This document shows positions 1-8,578 of a DNA stretch of 29,009 nt, one piece after another. The position numbers and the translations under genes were made by a program. The notes under the pieces were generated by a model. The model made no database searches. It saw nothing but the letters and a program-made list of their open reading frames with translations, and had not been told where the DNA came from. The DNA lies in the IMG/VR virus record IMGVR_UViG_3300020414_001797, positions 1 through 29,009 of that record. One strand, written 5' to 3'. Positions within the stretch are counted from its first letter, which is position 1. Each line of letters begins with the position of its first letter. The DNA comes from a virus. Taxonomy: Duplodnaviria; Caudoviricetes.

Positions 1-785
1 TCTCCTCTCAAGTAAAGATTGGCCAGTTCAGCATCATTTGATCCACCAGCTGCAAATAAATAGTTTTGCTCGAAGGGTTTGCCTTGCGCATGATCGTATG
101 CGCCCTTAGGAAGCAAGAAGGGGCGTGTTGGTCTTCTGCCAGCCTGGCCGGTGTAATTCGAGGCGACGTTGTCTGGACGCTTCTTTCCATCAGCACCTGT
201 GTAAAAAGTTTTCCCTGCAGCGACGTTCAGGGAATCAGCTGCCTTGCCGCCAATCTCAACACCAGCTCCGGCAAGAGTTGTACGAATCTGCCCGTCGGTA
301 TAGCCAGCTGCTCTAGCTCGATTTAGAGCAGACAAGCCAAAGCCACCGCTGCCCATTTGGTCTTCTGCACCCGAAAAATTTGTCGGGTCAAAAAACCGGC
401 CAGTGGGCGGCAGGCCATAGTTGCCTGAGTAATTAGTGCTTTGCTTGGCGGCATTGTCAAACATCGACTGGGCCTTAGCCCCAACCGTGTAGCCCTTGCT
501 CCTGGCTTCTGCCTGAATTTGCCCAAGGCTTTTACCAGCGTCTAACTGCTGCTGTACATAGGTGGCTCCAATACCAGTCCTTTGACCAGACCCTTGAGCC
601 GCTGCAGCTGGGGCGGGAGCCGCCCCGCCTCCACCTCCACCGCCGCCACCACTGGCGAACATTGCCGCAGCTGCTGGACCGACGGTGTAGCCCCTGCTCG
701 CTGCTTCTGCCTGGATGGACGCCATAGAGCGTCCAGCTGCCATTTGATTGCGAACGTAGTTCGCGCCAATACCTGTACGTGCCAT
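1..785 (-). CDS. Repeat-containing putative virion protein, 3' end beyond the window edge (missing from the ORF track)
   Basis: ATG at 785 abuts the TAA of 786..1571. The frame is open to the window edge: MARTGIGANYVRNQMAAGRSMASIQAEAASRGYTVG...G9 linker...RTGIGATYVQQQLDAGKSLGQIQAEARSKGYTVG... with internal ~41-aa repeats. Confidence 0.85.
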   Translation of the reverse strand, partial: MARTGIGANYVRNQMAAGRSMASIQAEAASRGYTVGPAAAAMFASGGGGGGGGGAAPAPAAAAQGSGQRTGIGATYVQQQLDAGKSLGQIQAEARSKGYTVGAKAQSMFDNAAKQSTNYSGNYGLPPTGRFFDPTNFSGAEDQMGSGGFGLSALNRARAAGYTDGQIRTTLAGAGVEIGGKAADSLNVAAGKTFYTGADGKKRPDNVASNYTGQAGRRPTRPFLLPKGAYDHAQGKPFEQNYLFAAGGSNDAELANLYLRG

Positions 786-1571
786 TTAGCCGAAGCGAGA
801 TGAGTAGTGACTGCTTGTGCCTGCGCCCCTTGCAAGGCCGGAAGTGCTGCGTCGCCTCGTTGACTGAGTGCGATCAGCACTATTTATTCGCTCAACTACA
901 GGGCCTTTGTTCCGGAGAACGCTGTCGGTCAGACCGCCTTCAGCCTTGGCCATTTCAGTGATCTCCGAGCTCCGCTCCCTTGGAGCCTCAAATGCCTGCT
1001 CGCCGCCAGTTAGGCCGCCAACAGCAGCCGTACGCTTTTGATTAGCGCCACCTGATGTCGCACCACTCCTGAGTGCACGCAGCTGCTGCCCAACCGCTTG
1101 CTCCCTGTACGTATCGGCCTCTTGTTTGGCCATGTCGTAATCGGCGGACTTTTGGTTGAACTTCTCCTGAAATTCGTCAGCCAAGCCTTGAGCCTCTTTT
1201 GCTTTGTCTTGGGCCGTCTTGGTTGCGGTTAGCTGAGTGTTGTATTGATTCGTCAGATTGCTGATTTGGTTTTGGTAGCCACTCATCTGGCTTTGGAAGT
1301 TGCTGATCTGATTTTGGTAATTGCTCAGCTGAGATTGATAGCTATTGGCACGGCTATTGGCCGCAGAAATACTTGCTTGAGCTGCACTTTCTGCTTGAAT
1401 GCCAGCCCCGATCATGTCTCTGGCACGCTTACCTACTCGATACCCTCCAAGCGAGGCCTGGATCTGCGCATTTGAGTACCCTGCCGCTCTTGCCGCCGCA
1501 TAAGAGTGTCGGCCAAAACCAGCCTTACCGTCGTTCCAGGTTCTTTTGAACTGGTTAAAAATATCAGCCAT
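786..1571 (-). CDS. Q/S/N-rich coiled-coil protein, paralog of 1571..2371
   Basis: 261 aa, TAATG-coupled to the upstream gene. Heptad YQxQI repeats and a C-terminal block shared with the neighbouring gene. Confidence 0.8.
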   Translation of the reverse strand: MADIFNQFKRTWNDGKAGFGRHSYAAARAAGYSNAQIQASLGGYRVGKRARDMIGAGIQAESAAQASISAANSRANSYQSQLSNYQNQISNFQSQMSGYQNQISNLTNQYNTQLTATKTAQDKAKEAQGLADEFQEKFNQKSADYDMAKQEADTYREQAVGQQLRALRSGATSGGANQKRTAAVGGLTGGEQAFEAPRERSSEITEMAKAEGGLTDSVLRNKGPVVERINSADRTQSTRRRSTSGLARGAGTSSHYSSRFG

Positions 1572-2371
1572 TAGCTAAACCTCGATGCGTAATAGCCTCC
1601 ACGCGCAGAACCGCCTGCACCAGTGCTCGCTCCAGGGTTGCCACCCTGGCGAACAGGAGCCTTAGCTATCCGCTGCACGACAGGTCCCTTGTTTGACAAG
1701 GCTCCGCTCTCAGCTCTGATGTTCTTCTCTACGTCAATCCTGTTTCCATCGTATTTTTGTACGCCCTTCTTACCGCCGGTCAAACTTGCTTGACCGCCTG
1801 CAGTCTGGTTGCCACCGCCTGATGTTGCACCAGATCGCAGTGCTCTCAGTTGTGCGCCGACTGCCTGATCGCGGTACATCTGGGCTTCTGCTTGGGCTGT
1901 TTCCCAATCAGTTGTCCGCTTATTGAATTGATCCTGCCAGTCATCAGCAGCAGTTTCAAATTCTTTGGCCTTGTCTGTCCATGTTTGAACTTGGCCGAGT
2001 GCGTCTTGGTATTGCCCTTGGAGCCCAGTGATCTGGCTCTGATAACCCTGCATCTGGTTATTCAGATTACTGATCTGGCTTTGATACCCCTGCACCTGAC
2101 CTTGCAGGCCTTGTAGCTGGCCACTCAACTGAGCAACTTCGTTCTGATATCTAGTTGCATTGCCTTGGGCTGCCGTAAGAGCGTCGTTGCGAGCTTGTGC
2201 CTGTTGGTTCTGGTATCGACGTCCTTCGTCTGAGTACTGAATTTCGTGGGCGACTTCGTACAGGTTTCGACCACCTTGAAGCTGCCCAAGATAATGATTA
2301 AAACCACCTTGATCAGGCTCTCGACCCAGGTAATTTTGATACCAATCTTTTAGGTTCTGTTGGTAACTCAT
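1571..2371 (-). CDS. DUF4214-like N-terminal domain plus coiled-coil protein
   Basis: N-terminus WYQNYLGREPDQGGFNHYLGQLQGG...YSDEG matches the Y-x3-LGRxPDxxG...SxE pattern of DUF4214. Heptad Q-rich stalk; TGATG coupling. Confidence 0.75.
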   Translation of the reverse strand: MSYQQNLKDWYQNYLGREPDQGGFNHYLGQLQGGRNLYEVAHEIQYSDEGRRYQNQQAQARNDALTAAQGNATRYQNEVAQLSGQLQGLQGQVQGYQSQISNLNNQMQGYQSQITGLQGQYQDALGQVQTWTDKAKEFETAADDWQDQFNKRTTDWETAQAEAQMYRDQAVGAQLRALRSGATSGGGNQTAGGQASLTGGKKGVQKYDGNRIDVEKNIRAESGALSNKGPVVQRIAKAPVRQGGNPGASTGAGGSARGGYYASRFS

Positions 2372-2892
2372 CAGAAGAATCCTCCCTGGGCAAAGCAGTG
2401 AACGCGAGTTGCTGAACTCGGTGCAGTCAATGCAGCGCTTACGCCGACGTACAGAACAGCGCCTGACGGGACATAGAGACCTGTGTTTTTCTTGTCGGTC
2501 TCACTAATACTGGAATCAGCCCCGAGATTTGGGACAGGAATTGACAGCGGTGGCAGAGAAATGTTTGTTCTCGCGCCTGCAGAGCCAGAGGAGATTGTTG
2601 CGTTCGCGACACAGACCGTATTCGCTGCTGTAATCGATGCAGCTGATGCCGCAATGCTCAAAAACACCAGGACTTGCGATGCTGTCGTGCTCGCCTCGTT
2701 GGCAATGATGGAAATGCTGTCAACAACAGCACCATCATTGGTCAAGCAGTCAACAAGGAGGACACAGCCGCCACCGCTTGGCGTGTTGAAATTAGTCGCT
2801 GTAGTTAGTGCAGCAGCACCACCCAGCGTTGCGAATGAATGCAGCGGCCGGTCAACCAGCAGCGGCATCTTATTGGAACTACTGGTTGCCAA
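2371..2892 (-). CDS. Beta-rich putative virion structural protein
   Basis: 173 aa, TTG start. A/S/T-rich, beta-strand patterned, ends QGGFF; lies in the structural operon. Confidence 0.7.
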   Translation of the reverse strand: MATSSSNKMPLLVDRPLHSFATLGGAAALTTATNFNTPSGGGCVLLVDCLTNDGAVVDSISIIANEASTTASQVLVFLSIAASAASITAANTVCVANATISSGSAGARTNISLPPLSIPVPNLGADSSISETDKKNTGLYVPSGAVLYVGVSAALTAPSSATRVHCFAQGGFF

Positions 2893-2916
2893 TGTACGAC
2901 TCCCGTTTTATTAAGT

Positions 2917-3399
2917 TTAATTGGTCTTTTCAGCCTTCTCCGGACGCTTAGCAGCTCGCTGTGGCCCTGCACCAAAGCCGGTGAATCCTGTATTCATGCC
3001 ACGCGGTTCAGACATGTCACTGCCAGGACCACGAGTCTCAATGAAGCTGACATTATCCAGCTTCTTGTCGATATCAGGAGCAGCGAAGTATTTGCCAAAC
3101 TGAGTTGCATCCGTCAGAACAGGAACTTGCGCCTGTTCAATCCTCTCAGCATCTCCATAGGGATTGCGATAGAAGACGTTGTCCGCATCACTTGAGCTAG
3201 GCGGTTCGTGCATGCTGCGCTTTGGCACGAATGACTGTTGATTGTTTGGATTATTGGGTACTAACGTTTCGCCAGTGAAGTATTTTTGAGCCGCACGTTG
3301 TGCGTCTGCATTTTCGTACCACTTGTTGAATTGAAGTTCCCGTTTGGCTCCTTCGCGGTGCTTGGTGAAATCTTGATTAGAGGGGTGTGGCTTTGACAT
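2917..3399 (-). CDS. Hypothetical protein
   Basis: 160 aa, TAATG-coupled to the upstream gene, same strand as the operon. Confidence 0.7.
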   Translation of the reverse strand: MSKPHPSNQDFTKHREGAKRELQFNKWYENADAQRAAQKYFTGETLVPNNPNNQQSFVPKRSMHEPPSSSDADNVFYRNPYGDAERIEQAQVPVLTDATQFGKYFAAPDIDKKLDNVSFIETRGPGSDMSEPRGMNTGFTGFGAGPQRAAKRPEKAEKTN

Positions 3400-4361
3400 T
3401 ACTTACCTGCGTACCTCGTGAAGAGCTGCATGCCACCGCCAAAAACTGGCAGTTCGCCTTTGTTGGCCATGTTCCAAATTTGTGAAGGCTCAACGCCTCC
3501 ATATGCTGCTGCACTTGCAGGCTGCATCTTTGGGCTGAAAAGCGGAATGGCGCTTTCAGTTTTCATTGCCTGCTCTGCGACAGGCTGCTCACCCTTTTGC
3601 TGCATTGCGTCCCGATTCATTTGACCGGGCTCGCCAGGAGTATTGCCAAAATTCAGGCCTTCCAGTTGCGCACCAGCGCGGAACATGTCAACAACCTCCT
3701 GGCGGTTGACCTGATTCACGGCATTCTGTGCATCCTGGATATTGGTCCGGCCTGTGGCGGGATTGACCTTCGCTGCTTGCTTTCGACTATCAATCGCCTC
3801 CAGGTCGTTGCCTTCAGGCATTTTCAGCTGGGTTCCGCCGTACTCGGTCGTTGTCTCATTGACAAGACCCTTTGCACGTTGCTTCTCCATGAACTGCTCC
3901 ACCATGGGAGTACCCTCATGGGCCTTCATCCAGGCTTGGATGTCAGCACGCTCCGAATAGCCGACCTCGTTTGAGCGAGGGGCATTGGCGAATGCATCTT
4001 GCGCAGTACTGCCTCCGTACTGCTGCATCATTTGCGTGTACACCTCGTCGCGAGCGGCGTTCCGATCGATGATCGGCTCGATGTTCTGAGCTGGTGCCTG
4101 AGCTTGTGCTTGATTGCCAGATGGCCAAGTCGAAGGATCTACCGGCTGACCGACCTGGAATCCAGGCGTGTCAGCAGCACTAGCAGGGAGCCCTCCATAC
4201 GGCAAAGGCTTCTCAACAGAAACCGGTCGCCCACGATTGTTTCGCTCAACAATGGTCATATCGCGGATACGCTGCTCGGCTTCTCGCCGTGCATCCCGCT
4301 CTGCAAGCCGCTCTGTCAAGCGTCGTTGAGATTCACGCAGTACTTCAGCTCTACGAGACAC
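3399..4361 (-). CDS. Hypothetical Q/P/A-rich protein (possible internal virion protein)
   Basis: 320 aa, GTG start 3 nt after the adaptor stop. Confidence 0.7.
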   Translation of the reverse strand: MSRRAEVLRESQRRLTERLAERDARREAEQRIRDMTIVERNNRGRPVSVEKPLPYGGLPASAADTPGFQVGQPVDPSTWPSGNQAQAQAPAQNIEPIIDRNAARDEVYTQMMQQYGGSTAQDAFANAPRSNEVGYSERADIQAWMKAHEGTPMVEQFMEKQRAKGLVNETTTEYGGTQLKMPEGNDLEAIDSRKQAAKVNPATGRTNIQDAQNAVNQVNRQEVVDMFRAGAQLEGLNFGNTPGEPGQMNRDAMQQKGEQPVAEQAMKTESAIPLFSPKMQPASAAAYGGVEPSQIWNMANKGELPVFGGGMQLFTRYAGK

Positions 4362-4364
4362 TGA

Positions 4365-4850
4365 TTACCTCCATTGCATGGCGCCTTGGGCTTGGACGAT
4401 CCGAGTGCCAACAGCTGTGTCAGCTGGGCCGGGAATTGAATTGATGTATTCACCACCAGCCCGGTCGTACGCATAACGACGAACCTCGTCTCTGCGGTAG
4501 TTCGCCACGTACAGGGTCTGCGCTAGTCGATCTGCTTCTCGCAGGTACACCTCCCAATAGTCGCGATCCGCTTTCAACGGCTCCGACTGGAAGATGGCGC
4601 GTTCGGTGTCACCCGTGATGCGCTCGACCCGGCTGGGCTGTGGCTGTGTTTCTGATCGGAAGATCTGTGAAACCTTGAACACCTTGTCGCAACGATCAAG
4701 GTGCTCCAGGACTCTCGAATAGAAATAACTATCCGGGATCCGTGCCATTGCTTCTTCCAACCGAGCTATATCGCCGGCTGGAAGATTCGCGCCGACGTTA
4801 TAGCCCAGGTGAAAACGACAACGGCTTTTGTCGTAGTCGTTTAGTTCCAA
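4365..4850 (-). CDS. Putative head-tail adaptor / head completion protein
   Basis: N-terminal DKSRCRFHLGY resembles the RxxLG start of adaptor proteins. Helical, 161 aa, downstream of the capsid genes. Confidence 0.55.
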   Translation of the reverse strand: MELNDYDKSRCRFHLGYNVGANLPAGDIARLEEAMARIPDSYFYSRVLEHLDRCDKVFKVSQIFRSETQPQPSRVERITGDTERAIFQSEPLKADRDYWEVYLREADRLAQTLYVANYRRDEVRRYAYDRAGGEYINSIPGPADTAVGTRIVQAQGAMQWR

Positions 4851-4886
4851 GACATAACTCGCGACCTGGAACTAATTCTACGAGAA

Positions 4887-5315
4887 TCAGCCGACGTAAA
4901 TCAGATCAGCTGCAATCACCTCGTCCCAATCCACTCGACCAATCTTCTTGAGCTGATCTAGGTTCTTAAAACGCTCGCCAGGAAGAGAAAGTCGCAACTC
5001 AACGATCTTCTTGGCAGTAGCGTATCCAATCCCTTTGACGTGCTTAGCAAGTGCTTCAGCGGTCGCCACGTTCACATTCAGGCGTGTGTCGACCGGAATC
5101 ACTGATTCGGGGATCTTGTCTTCATCGATCACCTTGTCGCCAATGGGCTCAATGGTTTTGCCGGTTCGCCCTTTACCCTGCTCGTAGCTAACGAGATCCT
5201 TAAGGGCTACATATTGGACGTTGCCAGCTGAGTTTTTCACCATCGCGTAATCCTTGTCGTGGTGAGAGATGAACTCTACAAGCTGGCCGTTCTGCAGATT
5301 CTGGTACAGCGACAT
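4887..5315 (-). CDS. Helix-hairpin-helix (ComEA-like) DNA-binding protein
   Basis: RLNVNVATAEALAKHVKGIGYATAKKIVELR...FKNLDQLKKIG is a classic (HhH)2 signature, preceded by a small beta N-domain. Confidence 0.85.
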   Translation of the reverse strand: MSLYQNLQNGQLVEFISHHDKDYAMVKNSAGNVQYVALKDLVSYEQGKGRTGKTIEPIGDKVIDEDKIPESVIPVDTRLNVNVATAEALAKHVKGIGYATAKKIVELRLSLPGERFKNLDQLKKIGRVDWDEVIAADLIYVG

Positions 5316-5321
5316 ATGGAC

Positions 5322-5356
5322 AAAAAAAGAGAGCGGCTGGTGCCCCAGTCGCTCTC
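5322..5356 (-). terminator. Rho-independent terminator after the capsid/decoration genes
   Basis: Minus strand GAGAGCGACTGG-GGCA-CCAGCCGCTCTC (one mismatch) followed by T7. Confidence 0.7.
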
Positions 5357-5380
5357 ATTGTAGGGAAACTATTCCGAATA

Positions 5381-6028
5381 TCAGGACTCAACCTGATAAG
5401 GAATGCGGGTATCTTCCTTAGTCGCCACTTCGTCGTCGAGGTAGTAAGAAACCTCGCAGATGATGGGCGTACCGCCAGCAGCGGAAGAGGAGATGGTGTT
5501 GCTTGAAGCAACGTTGCCTGCAGAAGTAGCGAGGAACACCTTGAGGGTGATACCGCTAGTCAGCGTTGCACCAGCGCTGCTGAACTTCGAGGAGCCAGGG
5601 GCGATGGTTTCGCTTGCGACGGTCAGGTCAGCGGACTTGGTGCCAGCAGCAGTAGCGCTGATAGCGCCAGCAGCAGTAGCAGTGGCAACGCTGGCAAGAC
5701 GCAGGGTCTCGCCGTTGGTGCCGCCGGTCAGGCCGGAGGCGGCGCTGCCCACGCCAACGTCCTTACGGGTGTCAGAGACACGCAGGCCGAGGCTGTAGAT
5801 GGTTGCGCCCTCGGGGATCGACAGACCCTCGATGTCAGCACGAACCTTGTCGTCGCCACGCATATCGGGCGAAGGGATCACCACGTCCCACTCTTTAGCA
5901 GCAGTGGAGGTGATCAGCGCGTAACCAACCTTGTGGTAGTAGACGCGACCGGGGATAGCAACCACAGGCTGACCCTGATAGCTGCTGAGGTTGGTAACCC
6001 AGTTACCGGGAAAGATCTTCTTAGCCAT
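5381..6028 (-). CDS. Putative capsid decoration / cement protein
   Basis: 215 aa, A/S/T/G-rich beta protein 15 nt downstream of the MCP, with AGGAG SD. IPEGATIY resembles the IPxGAxI motif of cement proteins. Confidence 0.6.
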   Translation of the reverse strand: MAKKIFPGNWVTNLSSYQGQPVVAIPGRVYYHKVGYALITSTAAKEWDVVIPSPDMRGDDKVRADIEGLSIPEGATIYSLGLRVSDTRKDVGVGSAASGLTGGTNGETLRLASVATATAAGAISATAAGTKSADLTVASETIAPGSSKFSSAGATLTSGITLKVFLATSAGNVASSNTISSSAAGGTPIICEVSYYLDDEVATKEDTRIPYQVES

Positions 6029-6043
6029 TAGTTAGTACTCCTA

Positions 6044-7183
6044 TCAGCTGTCGTAAACAAAGGAGTAGGCCACTGTGATGAAATCTTTATTCAAAATTTC
6101 GAACCCAGCGAACAGCGACCAGATCATCACGATGAATCGTGAGAAGTCGTCGTTGTTGTTAAGAAGGATCTGCGCGTTGTTACCACCAACGCCCACGCCT
6201 ACGGCCTGAGGACCGAAGAAAAGCATAGGAGCCGCGACATAAGATTGCGCGGTGCTGTTGATGGAAACGTTCAGGGACTTCTCAGGCAGGTTGGTTGATT
6301 CAAACCAACGCACACCCTCGAACAGGAAGCCCGTGGGCATCACTGGCTGTCCACTAACAAATCCTGCTTGGCCATAAGCGGGACCCATGCCATAGAAGAA
6401 GTTGGCGTTGGGAGCCTGCTCGGGTTGCAGAGGATTCACCATTCCGTTGCCCGCATAGCGAGCGATCTCACGGAACGCTGAATTGCTTCGCAAGTGCATC
6501 ATTGCGGTGGGATCCGCAATGCATCTGTAATAGCCGTCCGAAAAAGTCGGCACATTACGTTTGCGCATGTCCTTGACAACCGTCATCAGGTCGTCAGTGA
6601 CATCGAAGCGGGCGGACTCGTTAGTACCGTAGGTGATCTGAGTACTGGTGCTCAGACGCTCCTTTCCGCCGGGATAGTAATAACCACCCTGATTGCCATC
6701 GGCCATGCCGTTGGCGTCAGCCTTAAAGAGCTCGTCGGCGAAAACGCGGTCGCGCCAACGGCGGTAGTCGTCCAGAAGGGTAAGTGAACCGATGGATTGG
6801 TGGAATACGTTGAGATTCCCCGTGTCCAAAAGCAGGCGCTGCGCGGTCAGAAGCGTCTCGCGAGCAACCTTAAAGGTAGAAGGAGCACCGGTGTCGGTCG
6901 GGTCTGCAGGACCCGTATATTCCTTCAGTGTCACAAGGACTTTGTCCTTGACAATAGAGCGGCTCGATGCAGTTCCCAGGGTCTGGTCAGCGGTACGCTC
7001 ACGGGAGTCCTTAGTGCCAGGATTGCCCCAGAAACGATACCGGTCTAATTGAACAGTTTGACCGGGCTGTTTCGCAAAATCGTGTACCACCACGGGCTCG
7101 ACTGCCATCTCAACGATGTAGCCGGGGTGGGGACGATAAAGCTCTGCACCAAGCAGCTTAGGAAAGTCATTATCAATCCACAT
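6044..7183 (-). CDS. Major capsid protein (HK97 fold, N4-gp56-like)
   Basis: 379 aa. DFAKQPGQTVQLDRY, VKDMRKRNVP..GYYRCIADP and GFLFEGVRWFESTN are typical MCP motifs; strong GAGGAG SD. Confidence 0.88.
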   Translation of the reverse strand: MWIDNDFPKLLGAELYRPHPGYIVEMAVEPVVVHDFAKQPGQTVQLDRYRFWGNPGTKDSRERTADQTLGTASSRSIVKDKVLVTLKEYTGPADPTDTGAPSTFKVARETLLTAQRLLLDTGNLNVFHQSIGSLTLLDDYRRWRDRVFADELFKADANGMADGNQGGYYYPGGKERLSTSTQITYGTNESARFDVTDDLMTVVKDMRKRNVPTFSDGYYRCIADPTAMMHLRSNSAFREIARYAGNGMVNPLQPEQAPNANFFYGMGPAYGQAGFVSGQPVMPTGFLFEGVRWFESTNLPEKSLNVSINSTAQSYVAAPMLFFGPQAVGVGVGGNNAQILLNNNDDFSRFIVMIWSLFAGFEILNKDFITVAYSFVYDS

Positions 7184-7216
7184 GGGATATCAAACTCCTC
7201 AGCTGAGTGGTTAACT

Positions 7217-7270
7217 GAAAGCCCATAAATGGCTTTCGTTTCCCTACTATAAGAGCAATTCGTAGGGAAA
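7217..7270. promoter_or_regulatory. Divergent promoter region with inverted-repeat operator
   Basis: TTTCCCTAC (7239-7247) and GTAGGGAAA (7262-7270) are inverted, 14 nt apart. Overlapping -10-like TACTAT (+, 7245-7250) and TATAGT (-, 7246-7251). GAAAGCC/GGCTTTC hairpin at 7217-7237. Confidence 0.55.
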
Positions 7271-7274
7271 ACTG

Positions 7275-7982
7275 TTGGACGCCTCGGATGTTCGCGGGCT
7301 CCTCGGATTGTTGCTGGTAGACGGGAGCCTCGTCCCTTATCGCAGTCCTGGTGGGGGTTATGTGCAGCTCACTTTGACTGCCGGCTCTAAACAGGCAACT
7401 TTCCTTGAGGAAAAGGTCGCAGAATTCAAGACTTTCGTGCCCAGTCGGGCTGAAATTACTCCCTATTGCACGACGCCACGAGCTAATGGAAAGCGGACCA
7501 AGGTTCTGAGATTTCGCGTTTCTTCCAACAAACTGCGTCCGCTATACAACCTGCTTTACCCAGGCGGTGAACGCTGTATTACGCAGACGGCTCTCGATCT
7601 GCTTGGAGCTCAAGCTGCCGCGTGGTGCTGGGCAGAAGGCGCACGCATCCAGAAAGACGGCACCGCGATCATGAGTCGCGTTGGTGCCACACGTGTCGAG
7701 GCCGGCAGGATCCAGAGCTGGTTAGAGATGCTTACCGGCGCAAGCTCACTAATCGTTGATGGGCGCACCAGGCCCCGATTGGTCTTTGACCTGGAGCAGA
7801 CCAACAAGATCAGGAGCGCTCTGCTCCCTTACGCCCCTAAGTCCCGCATCCACCTCTTCAAGGGAGACGTCCCTGATGTCAGCGCAATTCGTAGTGCACG
7901 CACTGAGCTACTGCTTGGGCAAGGGATCGATCAGTCTCAGGGGCATCCGGAGAAGGCCCTGGCTGGAGATCGTCAGGACTGA
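7275..7982 (+). CDS. LAGLIDADG-family (double-motif) homing endonuclease-like protein 1
   Basis: Motif 1 LLGLLLVDGSL; LYNLLYPGGERCIT..LDLLGAQAAAWCWAEG corresponds to motif 2 of LAGLIDADG_2 proteins. Confidence 0.8.
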   Translation: MDASDVRGLLGLLLVDGSLVPYRSPGGGYVQLTLTAGSKQATFLEEKVAEFKTFVPSRAEITPYCTTPRANGKRTKVLRFRVSSNKLRPLYNLLYPGGERCITQTALDLLGAQAAAWCWAEGARIQKDGTAIMSRVGATRVEAGRIQSWLEMLTGASSLIVDGRTRPRLVFDLEQTNKIRSALLPYAPKSRIHLFKGDVPDVSAIRSARTELLLGQGIDQSQGHPEKALAGDRQD

Positions 7983-8433
7983 GACCGAAAGCCGCTACCT
8001 GCAAAGCCAGATGCGGCACCTCAAGAAGGCGCACCAAGGCAAGGTCGACATTGTTTGGGATGTCGTCGAGACCGATGGCTTCTACGACAAACAACGTCTA
8101 CGGCTCCAGGGCGAAGGCCTGTACCGCGCCTATGAACTGCTCTATCCCAGGGATCGCAAGGTCATCTCGCCTGCGGTAATGGACATCTGCGGACTCACCG
8201 GCATGGCTGCGCTCTGGGCTGACGGCGGATCGATCTACGGCAGGAAAGGGCGGATCAAAGCAGGTCTATCTAAGGAACAGTGTCATCCGATCTACGAGTG
8301 GTGCAACGACCATGGCTTCCCTTGCAGCCCTACGTTGATCTTCACTCCTGAATCAACAAAAGAATTGTTCAAAGCAATTCGACCTCAAACGCATCTCACC
8401 ATGCGCCATAAACTGGTCAAAAAGCCTCGTTAA
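7876..8433 (+). CDS. LAGLIDADG-family protein 2, degenerate motif 1
   Basis: Likely start ATG 7876 (MSAQFVVHALSYCLGKGSI). YELLYPRDRKVISPAVMDICGLTGMAALWADGGS parallels protein 1. Confidence 0.72.
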   Translation: MSAQFVVHALSYCLGKGSISLRGIRRRPWLEIVRTETESRYLQSQMRHLKKAHQGKVDIVWDVVETDGFYDKQRLRLQGEGLYRAYELLYPRDRKVISPAVMDICGLTGMAALWADGGSIYGRKGRIKAGLSKEQCHPIYEWCNDHGFPCSPTLIFTPESTKELFKAIRPQTHLTMRHKLVKKPR

Positions 8434-8450
8434 CAGGCTTAGGATAAATA

Positions 8451-8578
8451 AGCCCCGAAGAAGAACTGCGTCAGGGGCGTGTGTGAAATAGCCAGGAGTC
8501 CAGGTTTTTGCAGTTTCCGTGGGCTGGCAACTGATCCGCTTTGCATTTGGCCGATGTGGAGTGGCACCTGGCCTTTTT
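8451..8578 (+). ncRNA. Structured cis-regulatory RNA candidate (possibly manA-like cyanophage motif)
   Basis: GCCCC/GGGGC stem; GCCAGG (8491-96)/CCTGGC (8567-72) closing stem that encloses two hairpins; loop AACTGC complementary to GCAGTT. Intergenic and upstream of the CP12-like gene. The family name is from recollection only. Confidence 0.55.

Noticed and set aside
373-387. GAAAAATTTGTCGG, similar to the 18671 A-tract
   Set aside because: It lies in coding sequence (DPTNFS) and lacks the accompanying 15-mer; probably chance.
8-880. Track ORFs 8..196, 323..526, 542..880 and plus-strand ORFs here
   Set aside because: They are alternative frames of the real edge-truncated ORF starting at 785.
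7756-7875. Upstream extension of LAGLIDADG ORF 2
   Set aside because: It overlaps the conserved body of ORF 1, and the motif-1 position indicates a start at ATG 7876.
7184-8433. Group I intron or intein hosting the LAGLIDADG ORFs
   Set aside because: The flanking MCP gene is intact and on the opposite strand. No intein C1/HN termini or interrupted gene is seen.
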